Shown here: positions 1-7,892 of the stretch, one piece after another | Numbering within the stretch: the stretch's first letter is position 1 | How the letters are laid out: the number at the start of each line of letters is the position of its first letter | Origin: an uncultured Christensenellaceae bacterium | Lineage (GTDB): Bacteria; Bacillota; Clostridia; Christensenellales; UBA3700 | NCBI GenBank assembly: GCA_944381345.1 | Contig: CALWKU010000010.1 | Coordinates: 1 to 50,044 of the forward strand | Reading direction: 5' to 3' | DNA: 50,044 bases | Notes under the pieces: model-generated | Seen by the model: only the letters and a program-made list of their open reading frames with translations | What the model was told of the DNA's origin: nothing | Database searches by the model: none | Program-made: the position numbers and the translations under genes

Positions 1-21
1 GCTACCACTCATAAGATATTT

Positions 22-98
22 TGGCGATTCGGAAGGGACTCGAACCCTCGACCTCTAGCGTGACAGGCTAGCGTTCTAACCAGCTGAACTACCGAACC
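22..98 (-). tRNA. tRNA-Asp (anticodon GTC)
   Basis: The reverse complement reads GGTTCGGTAGTTCAGCTGGTTAGAACGCTAGCCTGTCACGCTAGAGGTCGAGGGTTCGAGTCCCTTCCGAATCGCCA. It folds as a cloverleaf: 7-bp acceptor stem, anticodon stem CTAGC/GCTAG with loop CTGTCAC, GTTCGAGTC T-loop, and an encoded CCA. Confidence 0.9.
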
Positions 99-113
99 AT
101 ATTATCTTGTTTG

Positions 114-190
114 TGGTGGGCCATCAAGGACTCGAACCTTGGACCGACCGGTTATGAGCCGGTTGCTCTAACCAACTGAGCTAATGGCCC
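114..190 (-). tRNA. tRNA with CAT anticodon (elongator Met, or Ile2 if lysidinylated)
   Basis: The reverse complement reads GGGCCATTAGCTCAGTTGGTTAGAGCAACCGGCTCATAACCGGTCGGTCCAAGGTTCGAGTCCTTGATGGCCCACCA. The acceptor is GGGCCAT/ATGGCCC, the anticodon loop is CTCATAA, and CCA is encoded. Confidence 0.85.
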
Positions 191-202
191 ACGTTATTGC
201 TT

Positions 203-278
203 TGGTCGGGGTGAAGAGACTCGAACTCCCGGCCTCATGGTCCCAAACCACGCGCGCTACCAACTGCGCCACACCCCG
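203..278 (-). tRNA. tRNA-Pro (anticodon TGG)
   Basis: The reverse complement reads CGGGGTGTGGCGCAGTTGGTAGCGCGCGTGGTTTGGGACCATGAGGCCGGGAGTTCGAGTCTCTTCACCCCGACCA. The acceptor is CGGGGTG/CACCCCG, the anticodon loop is TTTGGGA, and CCA is encoded. Confidence 0.9.
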
Positions 279-303
279 CTGTTCCGCTCCGTGCGACTTC
301 TAA

Positions 304-333
304 AATATACTATAAGGGGAGCGGCTTTGTCAA
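304..333 (-). promoter_or_regulatory. putative sigma-A promoter of the tRNA cluster
   Basis: The minus strand reads TTGACA (333-328), an 18-nt spacer, then TATATT (309-304), about 25 nt upstream of the tRNA-Pro 5' end. Confidence 0.5.
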
Positions 334-430
334 CGATTTGACAGCACTTTTTTGCGAATTTGCAAAATAATTTAAGCTGCGCCGTCGCAGGCGTAAAGCG
401 CTTTGCTTTTCGGGACGTTTTGCTTTGCGA

Positions 431-460
431 AAAACGCTCCCCGACTGACGCCGGGGAGCG
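431..460 (-). terminator. rho-independent terminator after the ispH-S1 gene
   Basis: The minus strand reads CGCTCCCCG-GCGTCAGT-CGGGGAGCG followed by TTTTT. It starts about 12 nt after the stop at 473. Confidence 0.8.
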
Positions 461-472
461 TAAATACACGGA

Positions 473-2797
473 TCAGTCCTTGTTGTCCTCTGCGGATTCC
501 TCGGCGGGAGCAGCTTCCTCGGCTGCTTCCTCCCCATCGGGGAAGTTTATCATGCTGAACAGATCTCCGAAGGTCGCGCTGCCCGACTCCGACTTCCACG
601 AAGTGACCTCGTTGGGGTCGTCCGTCTTCTTGGCTTGTCTCTTGCGGGGAGCGGCTGCGCCTGCAGCTGCATGTTCAAACTTCTTCGCGTTGCGGGAAGC
701 TCTCTTTTCTTTCGCCTCTTGATATTCCTCATCCGAGATCTCGACATCTGCGCTCTCCTGCGGCAGCAAAGCCTTGATGGAGAGTGTGATCTTGTTGTCG
801 TTGAACTTGATGACCTTGGCGGTGACTTCGTCGCCCTCTTTGTAGAGGTCGGCGGGGTCCTTGACATAGTGGTTTGCAAGCTCCGAAACGGGGACGAGAC
901 CGTCTACGTCGCGCTCGATCAACACGAAGATACCGTACTTGAATACGCCTCTTACCTTGCCGGTGACGACGGAACCGACCGGATACTTCTCCGCGGCAAT
1001 CTCGTAGGGCTTTTTCTGCAACTGCTTGTAGCCGAGTGAAACTCTGCCGTTCTCCCTGCTGGCGCGGAGGATGACAAAATCGTAAGTCTTGCCGATCTCA
1101 AGCACCTCGGAGGGGTTGGAGATCGTGTAATGCGAAAGATCGGAGATATGCGCGAGGCAATCGAATCCGTAAACGCTGACGAAAGCGCCGAAGTCGGTCA
1201 GTCTCTTGACCTTGCCCTTGACGATCGCACCTACCTGGAGTTTCGCCCAAAGTTCTTCTTCTTTGCGCGCTTTCTCCTCTTCGAGGATGACGCGTTGAGA
1301 CGCGACTATGGAACGTCTCTTAGAGATCTCGAGGGGTTTCTTCTCCTCTGCCGGAGCCTCGACGGTTTCCTGCGCCGCAGTCTCCTGAGTCTCGACCTCG
1401 GCTGCCTCGACTTCCTGAGCCGCCGACTCGGCGACCTCGGCGGGAGCCTGTTCACCCTTCTTCTTGGGCTCTATCGCACGCAGACGGAGCTGCTTGCCTA
1501 CATATTTTTCAAGATCGGTGACAAAGCCGATGCGGATCTGCGACGCGGGAATGAAGATCTTGTAGCTGCCCAGCTTCGCTTCGAGGCCGCCCTTGACCGC
1601 TCTGTCGACGACGACGGTAAAATCGCCGCCGCGGATGGCCTCTTCCGCCTCTTTGTCCTCTTTGACGCGCTTGTCAACGGCTTTCTTGGAGAAAGCTACT
1701 TCGTCGTTCTTGTCCTTTCTGCCCGACTTTTCGATGACCATAGCGTCGAACTTGTCGCCCGACTTATAGTTTGCGGGATCGTATGTAACGCCGTCGAGTT
1801 CGACTTCCGACTTGTCGATGAAGCCGTCTTTCTTACCGCCGAAACCGACGTAAATGCCTTCGGGAGTTGCACTGATAACCGTGCAGGTGTAGGTTTTGCC
1901 CGCTCTGATGTCCATCGACCTCTTAGCGGATCTTTCGGACTCTTTCAGAAGTTCTTCAAAAGTCTCTTTGCTGTTTTGAGTGTCACTCATTTGTTTGATT
2001 ACCTCCGTCATCAACTCACGGGGAGTCGACGCCCCGGCTGTTACGCCGAGAAGTTTATGATTTTTTGCTGCAACCGACTTGACGTCGGCTATGTTTCGTA
2101 TCAAATACGTGTCCGGGCAGACGGCTTTGCATATATCGTAAAGTTTTCCGGTATTGCTGCTTGACTCGCTGCCGATGACGATCATTGCGTCGCACTCGGA
2201 GGCAAGTTCTTCCGCCTGTTTCTGCCGTTCTGTTGTAGTATAGCAAATAGTATTGTATATATCAAGCGTTTTGCATCGATTTTCGAGCATTCGACGCAAA
2301 ATTTCGTATTTTTTCGCGCTGTACGTCGTCTGCACCACCGCCGCATATTCCCCCTCGATATCCAAAGCCCGAACATCGTCAACGTCGTCCACGACGACGG
2401 CGCCGCCCTTAGCCCAGCCGACGTGCCCTGCGACCTCGGGATGATCCTTCCCTCCGATGACGATGATACGCCTTCCTCTATCCACTTCGCGCTTGATGAT
2501 AGAGTGTATCTTTTTGACAAAAGGACAAGTCGCGTCGACAAACGGGATGCCCTTCTCTTCCAGCTCCCGATAGACGTCCTCGCCCACTCCGTGCGAACGG
2601 ATGATGACAGTGCCGCCGACGTACTCGTCAAGCGAATTTATCGTGCCGACGCCCGCTTGCGCCAGCTTGTCGTTGACATAGTCGTTGTGGATGAGTTTGC
2701 CGAGCGTGACGCGTTTTCCGGGCGTGTTCATCGCGGCGTCGACCGCGCCTTTGACCCCCATACAAAACCCCGCGCCCTTGGCGATGACTATCTTCAC
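473..2797 (-). CDS. ispH: bifunctional 4-hydroxy-3-methylbut-2-enyl diphosphate reductase (IspH/LytB) fused to ribosomal protein S1 repeats
   Basis: The N-terminal ~280 aa match IspH (MKIVIAKGAGFCMGVKGAVD..., ATCPFV, SSNT). The rest is a series of S1 RNA-binding repeats (GxVxxxxxFGxFV-type motifs, e.g. GKVKRLTDFGAFV and GKVRGVFKYGIFV) with an acidic tail. The GTG start overlaps the plsC stop (GTGA). Confidence 0.9.
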   Translation of the reverse strand: MKIVIAKGAGFCMGVKGAVDAAMNTPGKRVTLGKLIHNDYVNDKLAQAGVGTINSLDEYVGGTVIIRSHGVGEDVYRELEEKGIPFVDATCPFVKKIHSIIKREVDRGRRIIVIGGKDHPEVAGHVGWAKGGAVVVDDVDDVRALDIEGEYAAVVQTTYSAKKYEILRRMLENRCKTLDIYNTICYTTTERQKQAEELASECDAMIVIGSESSSNTGKLYDICKAVCPDTYLIRNIADVKSVAAKNHKLLGVTAGASTPRELMTEVIKQMSDTQNSKETFEELLKESERSAKRSMDIRAGKTYTCTVISATPEGIYVGFGGKKDGFIDKSEVELDGVTYDPANYKSGDKFDAMVIEKSGRKDKNDEVAFSKKAVDKRVKEDKEAEEAIRGGDFTVVVDRAVKGGLEAKLGSYKIFIPASQIRIGFVTDLEKYVGKQLRLRAIEPKKKGEQAPAEVAESAAQEVEAAEVETQETAAQETVEAPAEEKKPLEISKRRSIVASQRVILEEEKARKEEELWAKLQVGAIVKGKVKRLTDFGAFVSVYGFDCLAHISDLSHYTISNPSEVLEIGKTYDFVILRASRENGRVSLGYKQLQKKPYEIAAEKYPVGSVVTGKVRGVFKYGIFVLIERDVDGLVPVSELANHYVKDPADLYKEGDEVTAKVIKFNDNKITLSIKALLPQESADVEISDEEYQEAKEKRASRNAKKFEHAAAGAAAPRKRQAKKTDDPNEVTSWKSESGSATFGDLFSMINFPDGEEAAEEAAPAEESAEDNKD

Positions 2798-3561
2798 TCC
2801 GTGATCTCCGCGTCAGAGCCTGCCGCAGATCCGCCCTGAGCGTCTGCTGCGTGCGCGGCAAGATATTTTTTTAGAGAACCGCGGTATTTCTCGACGATCT
2901 CGTCTATCTGCGCGCGCAGCTCGTTCATTTTTGCGATCACGTATGCGTTGGCTTCGTCCTTAACGTCACGAAGGGGCTTGTCATAAAATCTCGACAAGTC
3001 GATGGGGTCGCCGACGATCAGTTTGTTTCCCTTGAAGCCGAACGGCTTTTGACGGCAATAGTACAGCGTCGGAACGAGTTGCGTCTTTGTTTTGAGCGCA
3101 AGCGTGACCGCGCCTTCTTTGAAAGGCAGCAACGTCTTAGAATTGCCGTCCTTGTTGCGCGTTCCCTCGGGGAAGATAAGCACTTTGCCGCCCGAATTGA
3201 TCTCTTTGAACATCTCTTTGATCGCGCCGATGTCCGAATCCCCTCTCGACACGCTTATCGCGCGGCAGAGCGCGGTCAGAAAATTGCCTACAAAGCGATT
3301 GTTCATCGCCTCCGCTTTGACCGCGATGCGTCCTTTGAACCTGAATAATTTGTGGTAAACGACGCAAGCGTCGATAATCGAATAGTGGTTGCATATACAC
3401 ATCACGCTGCCTTCTTTGGGGAATTTTTCCGCAAAATAGACCGTGCGCGGCAACCAAACAATGCGCATCAAACCTCTGCCTATAAAGCCGAGGATGTGGT
3501 AAAACAGATTGGGGCTGTCGTTGTATTTATTCTTGACCTTTTTTCTTTTTTCCGAGGACAT
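2794..3561 (-). CDS. plsC: 1-acyl-sn-glycerol-3-phosphate acyltransferase
   Basis: Carries the HX4D acyltransferase motif (NHYSIIDA) and the FPEGTR motif. It sits in the conserved cmk-plsC-S1 context. Confidence 0.85.
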   Translation of the reverse strand: MSSEKRKKVKNKYNDSPNLFYHILGFIGRGLMRIVWLPRTVYFAEKFPKEGSVMCICNHYSIIDACVVYHKLFRFKGRIAVKAEAMNNRFVGNFLTALCRAISVSRGDSDIGAIKEMFKEINSGGKVLIFPEGTRNKDGNSKTLLPFKEGAVTLALKTKTQLVPTLYYCRQKPFGFKGNKLIVGDPIDLSRFYDKPLRDVKDEANAYVIAKMNELRAQIDEIVEKYRGSLKKYLAAHAADAQGGSAAGSDAEITE

Positions 3562-4201
3562 AGTCCGTGATGACCTCCGCTACTTGGTCCGCGCTAAGGC
3601 GCGTGCTGTCGATGAGGACGGAGTCCTCCGTCTTTGTCAGCGGCGCAAACGCCCTGTGCGAATCGTTGTGATCTCTGTCTTTAATGTCTGCAAGCACCGT
3701 TTCGTAGTCAATGTCGGCGCCCTTTGCGCGCAACTCCTCAAATCTGCGCCGCGCCCTCTCTTCTACGTCCGCCGTCAAAAAGAACTTGAATTTTGCGTCG
3801 GGAAGCACATAGCTGGTGATGTCGCGCCCGTCCAGCACGACGTCGCTCTCGGCGGCTATCCTGCGCTGCATGGCGACCAAAAACATCCTGACTGCGGGGA
3901 TCTTGGAGACGTCCGACGCCGCCTTGGAGATATCGTGGCGTCTGATCGCTGTCGAAACGTCCTCGCCGTTGAGCAGGATGTTGCGTTCCGGAGTGTCCGA
4001 AAACGAAATCGTTATCTCGTCCAGGAGCGGGATCACCGCCTTTTCGTCAAGGGGCGAAACGCCCTTGCTCACCACATAGAGCGCGACTGCTCTGTACATC
4101 GCGCCGGTGTCGAGGTAAGTTATTCCGAGCCTTGCGGCGAGCATCTTTCCGATAGTACTCTTGCCTGCACCCGAAGGTCCGTCGATCGCTATGTTTATCA
4201 T
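3527..4201 (-). CDS. cmk: cytidylate kinase
   Basis: Begins MINIAIDGPSGAGKSTIGKMLAARLGITYLDTGAMYRA (P-loop plus the Cmk signature). An SD (GGAG) lies upstream of the ATG. Confidence 0.95.
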   Translation of the reverse strand: MINIAIDGPSGAGKSTIGKMLAARLGITYLDTGAMYRAVALYVVSKGVSPLDEKAVIPLLDEITISFSDTPERNILLNGEDVSTAIRRHDISKAASDVSKIPAVRMFLVAMQRRIAAESDVVLDGRDITSYVLPDAKFKFFLTADVEERARRRFEELRAKGADIDYETVLADIKDRDHNDSHRAFAPLTKTEDSVLIDSTRLSADQVAEVITDYVLGKKKKGQE

Positions 4202-4235
4202 GAGTATCTCCGAAGAAACCGATATTTATATGATA

Positions 4236-4264
4236 ATTATACACACCGCGCGCCTAAAAAGCAA
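4236..4264 (-). promoter_or_regulatory. putative sigma-A promoter of the cmk operon
   Basis: The minus strand reads TTGCTT, a 17-nt spacer, then TATAAT (4241-4236), about 35 nt upstream of the cmk ATG. Confidence 0.4.
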
Positions 4265-4265
4265 G

Positions 4266-5522
4266 TCATGGACGCACATTGGACGCGCTTTTCACGATCG
4301 CGCGAGCCGCTGCCGCCGCTGTCGCCCACGCGTTTTGCAAATTAAATCCGCCCGTCAGCGAATCGACGTCGATCGTCTCTCCGACAAAGTACAGCCCTTC
4401 TACCTTTTTGCAGCGCATTGTGCGCGGATCGAGTTCGGACACGTCTACGCCGCCCGAAGTGACGACCGCCTGTTCCGCCCCCTCCGCACCGGTCAGCGGA
4501 AAAGTCCAATGTTTGAGTACGGCGACGAGTTTTTTGCGCTGCTCCTTGGATACATCCGCCGCGCGCGACCGCGCGTCGACGCCGCTCGAAGCAAGCACTC
4601 GCTTTACGATCGTCCGCGGCAAAAGTCTCGCCGCAACGGCATCGATCGCTGCGGTCGGACAGGCCGCTAACTCCCTTACAAGCCGCGCGTCAAGAGTCGC
4701 TTCGTCCAACGCGGGTTTGAAGTCGATCGCACCCTGCGTACCGGGCGGATATTCTCCGGACGTACCGCGCGATCCCGCCGTAAAAGACGAGCATTGAAGC
4801 ACGATCGGTCCGCCTACGCCGCTTTTAGTAAAATTCATTTCGCCGAACGCGCTCGCCCTCTCCTTTCCTTCTATGATTATCGAAAAAACGACGTTTTTGA
4901 GCGCTAGCCCTGCCAAACCGTCGATACCGCGCGCTTTCAGCGGAACAAGAGTCGGCTTTGGCGCCACGACGTTGACGCCGACGGAATTTGCAAACGCATA
5001 GCCGTCGCCGGTGCTGCCCGTGGACGGATAGGTAACGCCGCCCGTCGCCACGACAACCGCGTCGGCGCGGTAAATATCGTCGCCGCAACGTACTCCGACG
5101 GCTTTTCCGTCCTTAGCGACAAGACCGTCAACGCGTCTGCCGAACAGAAAATCGACGCCGCCGCTCCCGCAATACCCCGTCAACGCTTTGATGACGTCGG
5201 ACGACTTGTCGGACGCGGGAAATACTCTGCCTCCGCGCTCCGTTTTGAGCCGCAATCCGAGATCGCTGAAAAATTCTTTGGTCGCGGACGGAGGAAACGA
5301 ATAAGCCGCCGAATACAAAAATTTTGCGCCGCATACGGTTGCGTCGAGCCAAGTCCTCACATCGCAGTCGTTGGTCAGATTGCATCTGCCCTTGCCCGTG
5401 ATATAGAGTTTTTTGCCCGCCTTTTCGTTGCGCTCGATCACGCGGACTTCGACGCCGGAATGAGCGAGCATACCTGCGCACAGAAGTCCCGCCGCGCCCG
5501 CGCCGACGACCACCGCTCTCAA
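4266..5522 (-). CDS. NAD(P)/FAD-dependent oxidoreductase, HI0933/BaiN-like flavoprotein
   Basis: Has an N-terminal Rossmann motif (VVVGAGAAGLLCAG) followed by GKGRCNLTN, both typical of the HI0933 family. The ORF-track start at 5912 overlaps all of surE. I use the TTG at 5522, which overlaps the surE stop (TTGA) and keeps the GxGxxG motif. Confidence 0.75.
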   Translation of the reverse strand: MRAVVVGAGAAGLLCAGMLAHSGVEVRVIERNEKAGKKLYITGKGRCNLTNDCDVRTWLDATVCGAKFLYSAAYSFPPSATKEFFSDLGLRLKTERGGRVFPASDKSSDVIKALTGYCGSGGVDFLFGRRVDGLVAKDGKAVGVRCGDDIYRADAVVVATGGVTYPSTGSTGDGYAFANSVGVNVVAPKPTLVPLKARGIDGLAGLALKNVVFSIIIEGKERASAFGEMNFTKSGVGGPIVLQCSSFTAGSRGTSGEYPPGTQGAIDFKPALDEATLDARLVRELAACPTAAIDAVAARLLPRTIVKRVLASSGVDARSRAADVSKEQRKKLVAVLKHWTFPLTGAEGAEQAVVTSGGVDVSELDPRTMRCKKVEGLYFVGETIDVDSLTGGFNLQNAWATAAAAARAIVKSASNVRP

Positions 5523-6259
5523 AACCTCACCTCTTTGAGACGCGACCACAGCGCGTCGTCGTTGAGATATACGCGCACCGGCGCGACCGTTGCCCAACCC
5601 TGCTCGCAAAGCACGACGTCCGACTCCGGATCGTTGTCCTCGGCGGACACGGGATGTCCGGTGATGAAGTAGCCCTTTCCGGGCACAAATTGATATTCGT
5701 CGTGATAGAACCTGTCGCCGGTTCGCGCTATGCGCACGCCCTTGAGATCTTTTTGCGGACAGGGGAAATTGAGGTTGAAAACGGTATTGCAGTCTGCCGG
5801 CAGCATATCTGCGAGCAGCGCGGCGTTGCGAGCGACGAACTTTGCGACGTACGCATAGTCGCCGTCCGTATTGTCGTATGATACCGCGATCGCCTTGACC
5901 TTGTGAAGGCATGCTTCGAGCGCGGCGTTGACCGTGCCCGAATAGACGATATCCGTACCTATGTTGCAGGTGTTGTTGATGCCGCTGACGACGAGATCGG
6001 GCTTGAAACCGAGGATTACGTCTATACCGAATTTTACGCAGTCTGCGGGCGTACCGTGCAGCGAATAAGCCGTCCTGCCGCCGTCAAACGAAACGGGCGC
6101 AAAGTTGAGCGGTTGATGAAAAGTAAGGCTGTGGCCGCATCCCGACTGTTCGCGGTCGGGAGCGACGATGAAAACCTCATGATCTTTGCAAAGCGCGTCT
6201 GCCATGGCGTGCAGACCCGGCGCGTACACTCCGTCGTCGTTTACTAACAATATCTTCAT
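5519..6259 (-). CDS. surE: 5'/3'-nucleotidase SurE
   Basis: Begins MKILLVNDDGVYAPGL and contains SGINNTCN, both SurE signatures. Confidence 0.9.
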   Translation of the reverse strand: MKILLVNDDGVYAPGLHAMADALCKDHEVFIVAPDREQSGCGHSLTFHQPLNFAPVSFDGGRTAYSLHGTPADCVKFGIDVILGFKPDLVVSGINNTCNIGTDIVYSGTVNAALEACLHKVKAIAVSYDNTDGDYAYVAKFVARNAALLADMLPADCNTVFNLNFPCPQKDLKGVRIARTGDRFYHDEYQFVPGKGYFITGHPVSAEDNDPESDVVLCEQGWATVAPVRVYLNDDALWSRLKEVRF

Positions 6260-6308
6260 AGCTCAATATTACTAAAAAACGACGCAAAGCGCAAGCCTTT
6301 GACGGCGA

Positions 6309-7010
6309 TCACATCTTGGACGACAATTCCTTTTTGAGTTTCGCCATCACTCTTTTTTCCAATCTCGATATATAAGACTGCGAGATCCCCATGATGTCGG
6401 CGATCTCCTTTTGAGTCTTACGCGCGGCGCCGAGCAGACCGAATCTCATCTTGACGATCTGTTTTTCGCGCGGATCCAGACCGTCGAAACATTGCAGCAG
6501 CACGCTCTTTTCCTCGTCCTTTTCCAAGTCTTTACCGACCGTGTCGCTCTCCGTGCCGAGTACGTCGGACAGCAGCAATACGTTGCCCTCCCAATCCACG
6601 TTGAGCGGCTCGTCGAGAGAGAGCTCTCCGCGCGAACGCACGCTCTTGCGAAGCTGCATCAGTATCTCGTTTTCTATACAGCGGCTCGCATATGTGGCGA
6701 GTTTGATCTTTTTCCCGTCGTCGAACGACTTGACAGCCTTGATCAGTCCTATCGTCCCAACCGAGATGAGATCGTCCATGTCTATGCCCGACGAATCGAA
6801 TTTTTTCGCTATGAAGATGACGAGACGCAGATTGTGTTCGATCAGTTCGTTTCGCGCCTCGACGTCTCCCGCTGCCGACAGCGCGGTCAATTCCCTCTCT
6901 CTTTCGGGCGAAAGCGGTTCGGGGAGCTGATCCGTTCCCGAAAGATAAGCAACTTCGCCTTCAGCTCGCCCCAAAAGGCGTTTAATCCATGCGATAAGTT
7001 TTGCAAACAT
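6309..7010 (-). CDS. sigE: sporulation sigma factor SigE (pro-sigma-E)
   Basis: A sigma-70 family protein with an N-terminal pro-sequence and the YLSGTDQLPEPLS motif; regions 2 and 4 are recognisable. It lies directly downstream of spoIIGA. A strong SD (AAGGAGGG) precedes the ATG. Confidence 0.9.
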   Translation of the reverse strand: MFAKLIAWIKRLLGRAEGEVAYLSGTDQLPEPLSPERERELTALSAAGDVEARNELIEHNLRLVIFIAKKFDSSGIDMDDLISVGTIGLIKAVKSFDDGKKIKLATYASRCIENEILMQLRKSVRSRGELSLDEPLNVDWEGNVLLLSDVLGTESDTVGKDLEKDEEKSVLLQCFDGLDPREKQIVKMRFGLLGAARKTQKEIADIMGISQSYISRLEKRVMAKLKKELSSKM

Positions 7011-7019
7011 ATTCCCTCC

Positions 7020-7766
7020 TTAGCCGTTCAGCCCGCAATTGAGCAGTATTTTGAAGCCGTCGAACGCACTGTCCGCGCCGATCGCCACCACGTCTTTGAA
7101 CGACTTCTCTCCGTCGGCGTCGCGCACGGTCAGTTCGTCTATGAAGTATGCCGTGCGCCGCGTTTTTCCGCAAACGCTCGACACGATCATCTGTCCCGCG
7201 ACGCGCGCGCCATCAAGAATTCCCGCTCCGTCCGCGCCGACGACTACGACGGGCTCCATACCCCTGAACGTAAGCGAATTGCCGCTGTCCCAAAATCCTG
7301 CGACATTGACCCGTCTGCCCGCTACGCTGACATTTACTTCCGCGCCGTAATCGCGTTTGCGCCCGCTCCTTGCAACGGCTGCGCAGACGGCGCATACGGC
7401 GAAATGACCGACAAGACAAAACGCGCCGGCGGACGCAACGGCTACTATCTGACCGTATGACGAAAAGGCGCCGTAAACTCCGCAATATACAAGCGCCGCC
7501 GCAACTTCGGCGACAGATACCGCGACGATTTTGCGAGCGTCTCCGTGCGCGGTAAGCAGCGACGAAACGAGCAGCGCGGCGACAGAGAGCAGCTGCCATG
7601 CTCTCGGTGCAAAATAAGCTTTTATCCACACAGACAAAGCAAAAACGATTGCCGACGCTACGACGGCGAAACGCCCGCGCCGAGACGATATCCTAAGCGC
7701 TGTCGCCGAACAGAACGCGCCGCAGATCCCTGCAGACGCAACCTCAAATTCCGCAAATCCGAACAT
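7020..7766 (-). CDS. spoIIGA: sigma-E processing peptidase SpoIIGA
   Basis: A polytopic membrane N-terminus followed by the aspartic-protease motif FWDSGNSL, located upstream of sigE. The start is uncertain. The ORF-track TTG at 7880 would place the ftsZ terminator hairpin inside the gene, so I use the ATG at 7766. Confidence 0.75.
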   Translation of the reverse strand: MFGFAEFEVASAGICGAFCSATALRISSRRGRFAVVASAIVFALSVWIKAYFAPRAWQLLSVAALLVSSLLTAHGDARKIVAVSVAEVAAALVYCGVYGAFSSYGQIVAVASAGAFCLVGHFAVCAVCAAVARSGRKRDYGAEVNVSVAGRRVNVAGFWDSGNSLTFRGMEPVVVVGADGAGILDGARVAGQMIVSSVCGKTRRTAYFIDELTVRDADGEKSFKDVVAIGADSAFDGFKILLNCGLNG

Positions 7767-7850
7767 ACTTCGATGATAGCATTTTCGGCGCGCGAAATCT
7801 TTCTTTTTCTTTGCGGTATAATGGCGGAAAACGCCGCATTGCGGCACATG

Positions 7851-7878
7851 AAAAAGCGGACGGCGTCGCGCCGTCCGC
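7851..7878 (-). terminator. rho-independent terminator after ftsZ
   Basis: The minus strand reads GCGGACGGCG-CGA-CGCCGTCCGC followed by TTTTT, about 15 nt after the ftsZ stop. Confidence 0.75.
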
Positions 7879-7892
7879 AAAACGTGTAATGC

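Noticed and set aside
1-21. A possible truncated tRNA at the window edge (the reverse complement contains AGTGGTAGC, which is D-loop-like).
   Set aside because: I could not build an acceptor stem or D-stem without overlapping tRNA-Asp, and too little sequence is available.
4266-5912. Long N-terminal extensions in the ORF track (4266-5912, 7893-9383, 10496-11509, 21246-21842, 33283-34200, 33951-35249, 16054-17538, 13719-15143, 45069-45584, 24607-32046).
   Set aside because: The extensions are Arg-rich, overlap the upstream gene or a promoter or terminator, and precede an internal start that has a good SD or a stop-start overlap. The features therefore use the internal starts.
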